Source of the DNA: Kondoa subrosea
Taxonomy: Eukaryota
Direction of reading: 5' to 3'
Assembly (NCBI GenBank): GCA_039545335.1
Contig: BCIN01000001.1
Span: forward strand, 3,723,136 to 3,787,135
Length of the DNA: 64,000 bases
Below, in pieces: positions 12,674 through 25,554 of this stretch; within the stretch, counting starts at the first letter, position 1, and the number at the start of each line of letters is the position of its first letter. The translations under genes and the position numbers were made by a program. The notes below the pieces were generated by a model, which saw only the letters and a list, made by a program, of their open reading frames with translations, searched no databases and had not been told where the DNA came from.

Positions 12674-14308
12674 TCAATACATTGCTGCGAACACGGACAA
12701 CGCAGCCACTGCAATAATCCAATCATAAACCAGGCCACTTGCTGAGCTCAATTGTGGCTTAGACTGGTTGATAATCGTCGGAAGCGTCGCTTCAGCAGTA
12801 TCTTCATCTTCATCCTCGTCGTCAGAAGCTTTCGATGGCTTTAAGACTGTAGAAGTGGAAGAACGACTCTGACCATCATCTTTTAGCTGCCGAACATTTG
12901 TCGGTGCTGGATTAGCATCGACTGATGTTCTAGCAGAAGTCGCAGATGAAGATCTAGCCGAAGATTTAGAGCTAGACGTAGTAGAGCTTGTACTGAGTGC
13001 AGAGGATTGAGATGCTTTAGCTGTTGCACCTGCTTGCTTTTGCTGACTGGCTGCTGAAGTATCATCAGAAACCGCGCCGTTGTAAAGCGGTGGACCAACT
13101 ACGGAGCACATCAGCAAAGTCTATTAGGCGTTAGCTGTCATTTACGATCGTCAGGGAAAGTGCTGCCGCTGCCAAAAGGTGGATCCCAAATATTTATAGT
13201 AAGCGCTTTTGAATCTGCCTTGTATGCACCCTGTCACATGGCATGAGCGTTGATTTTGTGGAAGATGACTTATCACCCGCAGGGAATGCTACCAAATTGT
13301 TGGTAGGCTTGTCTGTTCCAGAGGATTTGAGAGTCGCCTGCAGACAGCTTGGGTAATATTGTCTTTGACAGTTTTTTTCAGCTGTCTGATCCAAAAGCTG
13401 GCAACGTCTTCGCTCACGGATTATTTGTGATCTAGTCATGAGGTCAGCTTCGTTATCAGAAAAGGCTACCCAAACATACATGTAAACCAATGATTTCTAG
13501 AGCATTCATTAATGCAAGTTCCCATGCAAGTACATAGAACTGACCATTACGGAAAATAACTTGGCCAGGAGCAAGTCCCTCTGGAATCTTGACAGTCAAA
13601 GTATTGTTGTTCGCCATAAATTTGTCCATAGACCACTTTGTGCCATCCCAAGTCTCTGGTCGATCAATAAGAAACCACTGAGCGGCTGTTGCATCATCGG
13701 TCAAGCAATTGTCGTCTTTGCAATAAGTCATCTATACTCAAAGAACAGAGTAAAGAACATGTCATCTGATATCGGAAGATCAACTCACATAGGTCGAGAT
13801 AGGACCATAATGATTGTCTCCTGTCCATTCCCATTGGAAAGAGATGTCTGATCCAGCAGTCACCGAAGCTTGAGACGAGTTTAGTTAGACTGTCTGCAAA
13901 CCTCATAGAGATGCCTTACCCAACAGTGGAGCAGGCTTGTTATCTCCTCGACATAGCATAGCGGGATTATCGATGCCTTCAATCGGACCTGCGGGATATT
14001 GAGCATTTGCTACTCTCAAAAGCAAAGGAAACGAACCATTGGAAGTGAAACCTTTCCGAACAGGAGTCTCTGGCGCGGCTGGATTACCGATATCGTGCCA
14101 TACCTACTATACGTGAGCTGCACCAATTGGGAAAGAAAGAAGGGTCTTGCTCACATCAAAAGCCCGAACGTATTCTTAAAGTTTCAATTTTAGCTCTGGC
14201 TAAGCAGAATTGATCGTCCTTACCTCCATCCATTATGGCTCCTGTAAGGTAGCCATGCCCGTGTACTTGCAGAAGATAGGTCAAAAGTCCCGCAAGCAGA
14301 ATGAACAT
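12674..14308 (-). CDS. AA9 (GH61) lytic polysaccharide monooxygenase with Ser/Thr-rich tail and probable GPI anchor
   Basis: Signal peptide ending VHG gives a mature N-terminal His (HGYLTG). Second His in NHYGPISTY; PGQVIFRNEIIGLH...QYYPSCLQ; S/T-rich linker; hydrophobic C-terminus SSASGLVYDWIIAVAALSVFAAMY. Confidence 0.85.
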
Positions 14309-14649
14309 GCTGAGAGAATATTGCTATGTAACAGGAAGAGAGTGAAATAGAACGAAAGCGAAGGAGATAGTCCAGTCCGCGGCTCTGAACAGAATGAACA
14401 AGTAACAGAAAGGAACGCGGTAATAAACAAGATGGTCAAGAAGTCTGCCTCTGGTCAAGACACAAGAAGAGAAATGATTTACAGAAGTCTTCTTCTGTGC
14501 AAAGGCAAGATAGCCGTAACATGATAGGAATGCAACAATGATGATATTGATATACAGAAAAGCTAAAACACTGTCTGTTCAGCTCAAATAGCTGGTCTGC
14601 GCGAGACACTGACCTTACTAATCCAGTACTGCGCAATGCAGTCCAACTC

Positions 14650-15952
14650 TCACCTCTTTCTCTCACTCTTCCATTTCTGTGCATCCATGTCCCCAACATC
14701 AGACTAAATCCGAAAGCAAGTCGCATAGAACGCACCCAAACTCTAGCACCGGTTCTCAGACCTTGTTCAGGTTTAGGCAACCAGTCCTTCTTTGCCGCAA
14801 TCTGTTCAGGTTTCCCTTTAATGCTCTCCAACTCCCTCTCCTTTCTCTCTCTTTCTTCCCGATCCTCTTGAGCCTGTTTTGAGTTTTTGTGCGGTTTCAC
14901 AATCTCTTTCCTTGCTCCTTTAGAACCCAGTAGAACTGCTTGAACAGTCGCGTCACGTTCTACTCGAGCTAGATGACCTAAGCGAATGAAGCGAGCTCGA
15001 AGTTCAGTCATAATTTCTAATAGATGTTCCTGTTTATCCCAAAGATGAGCTTCTGTACAGTATAAGGAAATGACGACCACAAACAGTTTGTTGAGCTTGA
15101 GATTCCATTTTAGTCAAACCAGGTAATTTGCTAGAACTTGCTTTCTGTCGTTTCTTCGGCGGTTCATTCACTTGACTCATATGTCAGCTCGATCACGGAA
15201 GAGGCTGAAGAAGCATACAATCTTCCAGATTCTCAGTGAAGACGATATGCTTTCGTTTCGATGTTGAAGGTTCTGCACTTGTTGAAGCGTCCGACCGGAA
15301 GTAAGAAGCAGGATCAACGAGCAAGGTTTCTAGTGTCACTTTCTCTCCTTGCATAGGTTGAAGTTGATTCAGTGCTGTTCCAAGTGCTGGTGTAGCACGT
15401 AGATCGGAAAGAGAGGTTAGTGATTCTTGCAAACGAAGGATTTTCTGTCAAGAGGTCTTGGAGATTAGCAGAAAGTGTGCTGATCTTCCGACAGATCCTG
15501 ACCTTCTGTTCTATGGCCCGCTGGGTCTGCAGATACTTGACATCTTGAGTCTTGAGCAGCTTGACCAGATCAGATGGTAGAGCTTCATTCCCTCTATCTG
15601 TTATATGCACACCACCCTGTAGGCAGACCCGCATCATATCAGCCAAGAAATAGTACATCTGCAGCTGTCGACCTACCTGGGTCTTGCTCTTGACCATGCC
15701 AAAGTAAAACTCATCCTTATTGCGAGTTGTAGAAATGCGCTGCAGTTTCTGAAGTCTGTCCTCTTTGCTGTGGAAATCTCTTGCTCGTTTCACATAATCC
15801 GAGTGTTTCTCAAGCAAGCCAAGCTTCTTCCTGTGTGCAGGCTGACTTCGCTCGCGATGCTGCTTTTTTGCTGTCATACTAGCGATCAGTTTACAGGTCT
15901 TAGACTGTGAGATGCTGGTGAGCTGACCTATATCTAACTTTGTAGAACCCAT
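14650..15952 (-). CDS. UTP11: U3 snoRNA-associated protein 11 (SSU processome)
   Basis: HRERSQPAHRKKLGLLEKHSDYVKRARDFHSKE...RNKDEFYFGM; LVKLLKTQDVKY; C-terminal VWKWKSERKR. Confidence 0.95.
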
Positions 15953-16150
15953 AGTATCGTTGTGTAAGGACAAGCGATGTTTTTGAATTCCGTCACCTGG
16001 CGAATTGATAATGGCTCCGAGTGCGATCTTCGAGGTCTACAATCAAATCGGGGACAAGTGTTGGTGAGTCGTTGTCAGATGTATAGTTATTGGGAGAACA
16101 TATTGCATGAAATGTGAGAAGTACGAAGTACAGCTTATCCCGATGAACCC

Positions 16151-17131
16151 TTATTGCATCTCGTGTGACTGATCGTGGCCTCCGTAATTGTGACGGTGAC
16201 TTTGGTTTACATTCGGATCGCGTCCTTCTTGAGCGGCTCCAGGTTGACATCCAGCACAATAGTCTGCTATCTTATGAAATCCGTCACCAATGGCTGTATT
16301 GCAGCTGATGCAAGCACCGATACTCGCGCCTAAGACTTGTTGTGGTCTTGTTGGAGGGGGTCGACGAGGTGCGGGATGCGGGTTGTAGCTCATTTGCTCC
16401 TCCCGGCGTGTAGGCTGAACCGTCTGAAAGAAAGCATATAAGTCCTGCTGATTCCTACAATAGGGCAACTTACTTGCAATCCGGGTTGGCTGCCAGACCA
16501 AGCAGGTTGCGGTCCGTAGCCAGGTGCAACTTGCGCGTAGCGAGTTGGATCGGCCTATTAGTTTCATTCGTCAGAATGAAATATGAAGCGCGTGTAGAGG
16601 ACACAGCGTACCTGCATTCCTTGAGCAATGGGCTACAATCAAATAGGAATCAAAGGCTGTCGTCTTGCTTGTAAAAGAGACAGAGACATACAGGAGGGCC
16701 CGGCAATTCATGATAGACTTGTCCAGTATGGCCTGGATAACCCTTTACGAGAGAAGACTCAGCTTGCTTTCTCGACGACAAAGGGATGATTGATGAACGC
16801 TCACGGGATGCTGTGCCTGAGGGTTATAAGGTCCAGCTTGGTGAGAACTACTAGCAAGCTAGACGGAAGAAGTAAATTTGTTAATAATCGGAAGATTTCA
16901 GATGATTGCCTACCTGAGGTAGATTTGGGTTCGAGTTGTTTGCCCGATCATTTACTTGCGGAGCATGATTGCTTGGATGGCTACCGTTACTACTGGCAAG
17001 ACTAGCGGGTCTGATTTGTATCGAAGGAGGAGGAGGGTTTTGCTTCAAAATCTTAGTAAAGCCTTGGAATGGTAGAAGGGAAGACCTACATGATGATTTT
17101 GTTGACCGTTATGAGTATCTCTGCTTGTCAT
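16151..17131 (-). CDS. Hypothetical ~216-aa P/Q/G/N-rich protein with C-terminal C-x2-C-x14-C-x2-C motif (7 exons)
   Basis: Six GT..AG introns, all phase 0, join into one open frame from MTSRDTHNGQQNHH through CISCNTAIGDGFHKIADYCAGC to SHEMQ*. Confidence 0.6.
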
Positions 17132-18202
17132 GATGATAGAAATCGAGATTGACAGTAAGATATGGAATGGGAGCGAGAGCAAGAGAGAGGAATTATTCGA
17201 TCTGGAAGTAGTAGCAACAAAGGGATGGTAACTGGTCAAAGATCATCCGATTTATCATTGATCTTAATGGTATGATCCCGATAGGCGATGAGCATACTTC
17301 TTGTCCGTAAAGTACTCGAATGACAGAAAGGCATAGACAGAAAGAGCAGGTAAAGAAGCTTTCCATGCGCGAAGATTTCCACGTGGCTGATATGAATAAG
17401 ACACGAGCATCAGCCTTTGGCAGAGCTACCGTGGCATATTGGTCTGTGTCATCAAGACCGATGCATGCACAGAAGAAGACACGATCAGATGAAGTGGAAG
17501 AAGGACGATTCGGAGGCGAGGTCACAAGCAAGTCGATTGAATCGAGAGGTAAGGCTATAGGTTCCCAGCACAGATAATATGTTTCCTTCAGATGTTGGAC
17601 GTTCTTGGCTGATCAAAGAATCAATAGAAAGTAGCAGCAAGCTGAAAGAGCAAGGTCCCTAGAGTGACTTGTGCTGTCCTCGCATTGTGTCCAAAGTGAT
17701 CCAGCGCTGGCCGCGTTGCAGATGTGCTGACTTTGGTCGCGATTCTGCTTCCTCGGCATAAGGCTGGATGAGCATTCAGACCTTAGACTGCAAGAATTAG
17801 CCTTACTCAATTCTTGGATTGATATCTAGCTATGTGAAATCTATAACATCGGTGTGCAAGGACAGGCGACACTTGAGTTTGGCCATCAACTGCTCTTTCC
17901 GAAACAGTAACCTGTTCTATCTTGGTTGGACCTCTTCCTTCTCGACTCTCAGCTGTATATCTGTGCACGCTTCAAGTGCTGAGAGCGAGACAGGCAGCGC
18001 GAAACAAGGCTTGCATCCGCTGAGAGCTTCGAATCTTTCTCGACGCCAAACACCTTGACTCAAAGCAGGAATACTCGCTCTACCGGTCTACTACTCGAGC
18101 AACAATACACTCTGCCATAGTCTTGCAATCACTTTCACGCTTAATTCACGAATATTCGCACTATAAAGTTCATCTCCTCCTGCCCAGCTTGAACACAAGA
18201 CA

Positions 18203-21143
18203 ATGGCCGATCAAGCCCTGCCTGACAGTCGGACAGGCCGGAGACCTATCATACCACGACTTCTGCATCGCTTCAGCTCTAGAGACGCCTCCAATACGTC
18301 AGCTGGAAGCATCACGCCTGATGGCACATCAAATCCAGCAGACACAAGCTTGAATCTACCTGTATCCCGGCCTGCCTCTCCATCAAGTACATCTGGACAG
18401 TCTTCAGCAGGCGAGCAGGATGAAGTAGAGGAAGAAGATGAGGAAGAACCGATAACAGAGTGAGTTAAGCATATTTGCGCAATATATAGCTCGACAATTG
18501 ACCTGCTGTCAATGATCAGACCCGCATTAGCTTCTCCTACAGCACTAGTTCATACTTCACCCTGGCCGTTTGGGACTGTTACTGATGAGGGAGTGGTCAA
18601 TCGAACACGAACAGACTCAATTGTTACCGCTCGCGGTGCTTCCAGCTTGTCAAATGTTCCTATTATGACCAACGGTCACGAAACAACAACTCAACGAAAC
18701 AGTATAACGGCACTGTCTTTCGCAGCAGCATACGAACAGCAACAAATAACACCCTCCTCACTACCGCACGAAATCCTTCTTTCTATCCTCCGACTGGTCC
18801 CAGCTGTATCTGATCTCAAATCAGCTATCCTAGTTTGCAAATCTTGGTGTCAATGTGGTGTAGAATTGCTTTGGCATAAACCAAACTTCAAGAAACCAGC
18901 TTCCCTTTATGCTTTTCTTTTCGTTATCGCAAAAGGTGGTTGGTCAGGTGGACCAGTACCAATGATTCCTGGTTTCCCTTATATTCCAACAGGACCTCAT
19001 CGAACTTTTCCATACGCTACTTTTGTGAAACGACTCAATTTCTCAATCATCGCTAATCAATTATCAGATTCCGTTCTTGCTCAATTATCGCCTTGTATAC
19101 GGTTGGAAAGATTAACGGTTCAAGGCAACAAAGCAGTAACGGATGAAGGGATCAAAAGTCTTTTGTGGCGTTGTAGGAAAATGGTGGCTTTGGATTTCAG
19201 CGATTGTCCGCAATTGACTGATACGGCTTTGTTGGCTGTTGGTGTCAATTGCCCGAGGTTGCAAGGGATTAATTTGAGTGGTTGTGTTCTGATGAGCGAT
19301 ACTGGAGTGTTGGAAATCGCTGCTGGTTGTCCTTTGTTACGGAGAGTGAGTGGGAAAATGCTTATCTTGTACTATTGTACTAAGCATAGTTCCCCCTTAC
19401 AGATCAAGCTGAGAAACGTAGCGGAAATCACCGATGTCTCACTTATCGCTTTATCGAAGAACTGCAAACAATTACTCGAATTAGATCTCATCAATTGCGT
19501 CAACCTCACAGATCAAGGTCTATGGGCAATCTGGCGCGGTCTAGCTCATTTACGAGAATTATCATTCAACGGAGGAGAAGGAATCACCGATCAAGCTTTC
19601 CCTGTCAAATCTTCTCATCGAATCTTAGTGGGCGATCCAAACACTGAAACCATCTTCGATACCTCCAAACTAGCTTATGCGGATTATATCGGCACCCGAA
19701 ACCTTACTGTCGTTCCCTCCAGGAATTTCGATAAGATTCGATTACTGGATCTGACTGCCCTCAACAGCATTACGGATGAAGCAGTGGCTAATATTGTGGT
19801 CAACATGCCTAAAATCAGGAATCTGGTGCTGGCGAAATGCGGACGTTTGACGGAAGAGTGTGTGATAAGTGTTAGTAAACTGGGCAAGCATTTGCATTCC
19901 TTGCATTTGGGTCATGTTGGAACGTGCGTCAGGAAGGCCCGCCAGCATAGTCGTTGCTGAAGGGTTTGTTTGGTGCACAGAATTACAGATCGAGCAATCA
20001 CGCAATTGGCTAGATCTTGCACTCGGCTCAGATATATCGACTTGGCTTGTGAGTTTTCATGCATATGGATAGCTTTTTGAAATCTGATTAGATCTCCAGG
20101 CTGTCCGTTGTTGACTGACATGAGCGTCTTCGAACTGTCGACAAATCTCCCTCGACTCAAGCGGATCGGTCTTGTTCGAGTAAGTCACTATCTCGGCTTC
20201 TGCTTCACGAAGCTGACTATTTGACTATGAATAGGTCGTGAATTTGACAGACCAAGCAATCTTTGCTTTGGCCGAACGCAAAGCTCTCGAACGCATTCAT
20301 CTTTCGTATTGCGATAATGTTTCCGTCACCGCTATTCATTACCTACTTCAACATTTACATCGCTTGACCCATCTGAGCTTGACTGGTGTCACTTCTTTCC
20401 GCAACCCAGAATTGCAGCAATTCTGCCGATTACCGCCTGAAGTGGGTGCTTTGAGGAGGTCCGCTTTTCCAAAAGCTGATCTCGCGTCGTGTTATTCACA
20501 GGACTTCAATAATCATCAGCGCAACGCTTTCTGCGTCTACTCAGGCGGAGGCGTGCGCCAATTGCGTCAATTCCTTACTTCATGCGTTCAAGCTGGTGCT
20601 GATGGCGAAGAAGCTCTTGTCCTCTTGAACACACTTCCAGCAGCAAATCAACCTCTACCTCGAGGTACACGTCAACGTCGAGCTCAAGCACAACAAGCAG
20701 CACAAGCTCTAACTCAAGCAGGTGCCCAAGCGCAGCAAGGTGGTATAGCTACTCGAGTGCTCAACAGAAGACCTCAGCGCAATCAACCAACTTTCACCAT
20801 CGGTGGTCAGCGTGCTGGCAGACCTGTAGCTGCTATTCCGCCCATACAACAACCTGCACCTGGTCCGATGTTGCCTGGTGTTTTGGTACCGCGAGTACCG
20901 CATCACAATACAGCAGGATCAGCTCCGGCGAATTTAGGCCATGCATTCCAGAATCCCACACTGCCAAACAATCCAATCGCCCTCAATCCACCGACTTTTG
21001 CTCAGCTTCAACAACAGAATGGTGGACCTTTGCAAGCGATTGGGACAAGAATGCTTCCACCTGCGAATCAGGACATGGACGTAGATGATGAAGAGGAGTC
21101 GGATGCGGAAGAGCAAGATGATTCAAGGGATCTGACCGATTGA
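18203..21143 (+). CDS. GRR1: SCF F-box/LRR protein Grr1/GrrA
   Basis: F-box LPHEILLSIL...VCKSWCQCGVELLWHKP, FPYATFVKRLN, Cys-containing LRRs, and QRNAFCVYSG. Confidence 0.93.
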
Positions 21144-21698
21144 GGAATCTGGGGCTAGCGATAGAAAGAAGTGTGAAATTGCATTCGTTTGGTAGAGAAG
21201 GGTTGGGATCTGTATACTGTGAGGTATAGAACATAGAGCATGACATATAGCACAATGACAAGCATTGCCTTCACTAATTCATTTCAGATTTTCTTTCACT
21301 CGGACAGCTATATCTTTCAAAGTGTCTACTGTGTCAGAGCTCTATCGAGTGACCGAAGACCTCTTGTCGCCGAGCATGCCAGTAATACTGGAATGGCGTT
21401 GCACTTCGAGTCAAATTAAATCGCAATTTATACTCGAATTAATCTCGAACACATTTTCGCTCGAATGCCTCGTTTTGCTGCTCTACTATCTGTGCTAGCT
21501 CTAGTCCTTCACGTCAAGGCGCGCTACGCCTGTTTGCTACCAAAGATCTTGGAGAACTGTCTAACGATCTGTGCCTCAGTCCGACGGTCAGGGCCAGAAT
21601 AATGCCCTTTGTAAAATGAATTTCTGTGGCTGCGAGCGTGGCTAGTCTTCACAGCTGCCGCTTTTCTTCTTCTTCTTCCGCTTCTACCATCATTCGAA

Positions 21699-24618
21699 AT
21701 GTTGACTTTCCGTCAACCTATGATGAAGCTCTGCTTCCCACACTGCAAAGTCTCGACTTTCATGCCTTTGGCTTCTGCTCTCGGCAATATTGTAACTATC
21801 TCGCTACTGGTCTACCTCATTGCCGTCAACTACATGAAGAATCCCTTCACTTCGATGTCGGTCAATTCTTTCGTAGTTCAACCTACTTCACCTCGTTTGG
21901 CTCTTGCTCTACCCAAAGCTCATTCCGATGTCATGGTCTGCGCTGCACCCCAATACAACAATGATATTTGCTTGGCTGTTCATCATTTGCTCAAACCCGC
22001 ACCCCAGAATTGGCAAGATTTTCAGCAATGCGGTCTTCAGGAACGAGTCAAATTGCCCAAGGTATGCATTGCTGCTCACATTCCTTACCATTATGCTAAT
22101 TTTGGTTGCTTAGAAATCTACGAGAAAGGTCACGCAACAAGCTCGCGATAACATGGCAACGCATTTCATTCATCATACTCGATTGCAATCTGATCTTATC
22201 AAGTCCAAAACCGCTCAAGCTTCTCTCGTAGCTCTTCTTGCGACTACAACCAAACAATCAGATGAACTTCTTTCAGCTGCTGAATCTACATCGCAATCCC
22301 TTGCTCAGCAGATCAAGGAACTTTCTTCTGATTTGGCAAAATCGCTCAAACACAATGAAGCAATGACTGAATCTGTGGCTACTTGCGATACTCGAAACGA
22401 TGTTTGCAAAGCTGATTTAGCTGAAGCTCAGACGGATTTGTGGAACGCTAAAGACGAGATTGCGGAGTTGCAAGAGAAAGTATCAAAGATGGATCAGCTT
22501 CAAGCGGCGTTGGATGTAGCTCGAACTGAAGGCAACAGGCTCAAGAATGAATTGGCTCTTCAATCAAGCTTGGTGAGAAGAGTTGTGCGATGCATTGGTA
22601 GCTTGGCCTCGGTATTCGGTGTGATTGTTGTTATGGGAGTGCTATTCATCCTCAGATCAAGCATTGGCCAATGTAAGCATTCCTCTGTCTTGGTCCTAAG
22701 TCACGTGTACTCATTGATTTGGTTAGATCTACCTGCTAAGAAGCCTGTTGGCAACTATTGGAACATGGTCAATGATGTTACTCAACCTGAAGATCCTACT
22801 ATCCGTCAGATCAAGGAAACCTATTGGACAGCTCAACAAAAGATCATGCCAGCTACCAGAAACATATACGAGCAATACTGTACTCAAGCAGGCTGGATCA
22901 ATACTCATGATATCGACGCCCTTCTCGCCAATATTGCTTCTCTGCATGCCAATCTGCCTCCAGCGCCTTTTGAAGCTCAATCTGGATCTGCTATCGCTTT
23001 CTTTCAACATTGCACTTCCCTTCTTCTATCTGCTCTGGATGGACAACTTATATCTCTCAAACAAGGAATCGCTTCAGACCGCTCTTTGCGCGTTGCTCAT
23101 CGTCAAGGACTCCAAAGCTCAGTCGCGAAGATTGCCCAACTCTCCAAAGATTTGGCCAGGTCTGAAGCATTATGCAAGTCTCTCCGTGCCAACACTAGCG
23201 ATGCTCATCACAGCGCTGGTGCTCGTGAAGCCGCTATTGCTGGTTTGAACGCAGAAGTCTTCGAACTCAAATCTCAAGCCAAGTCTGCTGCTGTTGACAA
23301 AGCCCATCTGACCGAGCGATTGGAAGAAGCCACTTCTCTATGCGCTATTCTTGAAGCTCAACTCGCTAAACGCAACACAGCAATTGCCCGTTACAAAGCT
23401 CATATCGCCAGCCTCCTCTCTTCGGGCTCTTCTTCGGGCGCTGTTTCTCAATTATCCAAGCAACTTGAAGGCGTTCAATCCGAATCCAGCGATATTCATG
23501 ACCAGCTCACCGATGCGAACGCTCACATCAAACGCTTACAATCACAACTCGCAACCGAAGAAGAAGTTGGACTGGTCAAAGGCAACACCATTGTCAAGCT
23601 CAACAGTCAAATCTTTGATCTTCAAGTCAAACTTTCAGGCAATTTAGGCGGAACCAACTCGATTGTTATGCACTCTCCTTCTGCAGAAACTTGCAGCGAA
23701 CACTTGGTTCACATCAATGCATTGAGTTCAGAACTTCACGCTATCAAGGCTCGCAACAAAGTTTTGCAAGACAAGCTGGATAAGACCTCACCAGCCGATG
23801 ATAGTGGTATCAGCGAATGCGATAGCGATAGCGAAGATGAAGCCCAAGTTGTGGTCGAAGAAGTCGTTGATGAAACACTCAAGACTGTTCAGACTCTTCA
23901 CTGTCAGATGCTAGCTCAAATTCCTCAAGCTCTAGTACAAGTTACTCAAACTCTCATTTCTGCTGCATCTGGAGCTGAAACACTCGCTCAAGACTTCGCT
24001 TTGAAGGTAGTCGGAGGCTTCATGCATCAGATCGACACTTTCCAGCTTAAGTTGGATGGATGCACAAGCTCAAATGGCAAATCTGCACCTAATCTCAGAT
24101 TGGCTCGAAAACAAGCTGTTGATTGCTGTACTGGCTACAACACTGCATTTGAAGCTCTTCTTGGCCATGCGAAATCGATCGCTGCGACTCAACGTACTTC
24201 TGCTTCGGCTTCTCCTTCACCAGATACTTCAGCTTTGGTGCAGCTTCAGCAAGAACTCATTGCTACTAAAAGAACTTCTTCAGATCAACTCAAAGATCTC
24301 CAACAACAGCTCAAGCGAGCGAATAGTCAAGTAGAGGAACACAAACAATGCGCAACCAAAATTTCTGGCTTGATGGCAATCCGAACTCGTTTCGAAAACC
24401 GTTGCGATCGCCAATCGGAAGTTCTTCAGTTAGTGGACTGGATGGTCAAACGGAGCAAGGATTTGCCTGGAAAAGAGCCTGCTTGTGGGCTGGAAAAAGC
24501 CAAGACTAGTCTACAGGATGATATCGCTTATTGGCAGGCTCAATCAATTTCAGATGATCGAGATGGCATGCTTGCAAATTACGAGATGTTACTCTCAGTG
24601 TTACAAGCGATGGGCTAG
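21699..24618 (+). CDS. Orphan ~940-aa coiled-coil protein with two predicted hydrophobic segments
   Basis: ORF 21699 joins ORF 22153-24618 in frame via an intron near 22062-22113 (LPK|KSTRKVTQQARDNMAT). A second in-frame intron is likely near 22672-22727. Long heptad-like helices; hydrophobic stretches IVTISLLVYLIAV and LASVFGVIVVMGVLFIL. Confidence 0.65.
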
Positions 24619-25554
24619 TGAAGGAATCGGGGTATTGTGAGTCTGGATTCCTTGCTTTGCCCGACGTTTCGCTAACTGTTTTTCAGCTTTGTACAGCTTT
24701 ATGTTCTTGTTTGTGTTTTCGGTGACCTATACTCTTTTTGCAAGAGTTGGAGATACCCTCTTGAGTCTGTTCTGGATGGAAGAAGCTTGAAGTGGGAGAA
24801 GAAGTGTACCAACGCTTTGCTAAGCACCTACAGGCCGGAATTGCGTAAGTAACTCTCTTCTTTCCTTGATCTTTAACATGTACTAATATCCTTTGCCTGT
24901 AGAAAAAGTATCCTCGCAATTCCGTTCCTTTGTGAAACCTTTCACGAGCCATACAAACAAGAGCTTCAAACGCTTTCGGCTGAAGGTGACAAAAAGTCAA
25001 AATCAAATGAGGTTGGGTGACACGATATGCCCTCGTCGTGTTCACTGTCAGGAGTTCGCCCATCATATAGATGAGTTGGACTTCAAAATGCAATGCTAAG
25101 GGAGTGACGAGTAAGTTTCGCTCTGTCTCCCATTAGACCTCTACTAACTATCTCTCTCTAGTCTACCTTCTGGTCCATCGATTCACAGGACCCGCTGTGG
25201 TCTCATCAACAGCTTTTCATCGTAGCATTGGCACACTTCCATCGTGAGTTGATGTCGGTTTCATTCTGTGAGTTTGTCTGATGGTTGTTTCTTTCTAGTC
25301 TCTTCTCGCTTCCGACATCTAGTCGAGTCTTGGGCATATGATAGGGTCGTATTTCGTTGTGTATATCTATCATAATATCAGTTTATCATAATATCAGTTA
25401 CCAATGTATTAAGGTCGCTACTTGCCCCTTGCTCGCTCGCTATTTTTGCATCCTTGCCATGATATTCAATGCACAATGACTGATAAATAATGTACAATGC
25501 TATGCTCCCAATCGCCAACCAAATCATCATACCAGAATTCTATATACGAGGCAA

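Noticed and set aside
17200..18200. Several short ORFs in about 1 kb
   Set aside because: No coherent spliced frame; most likely the divergent promoter/UTR region of GRR1 and the orphan gene.
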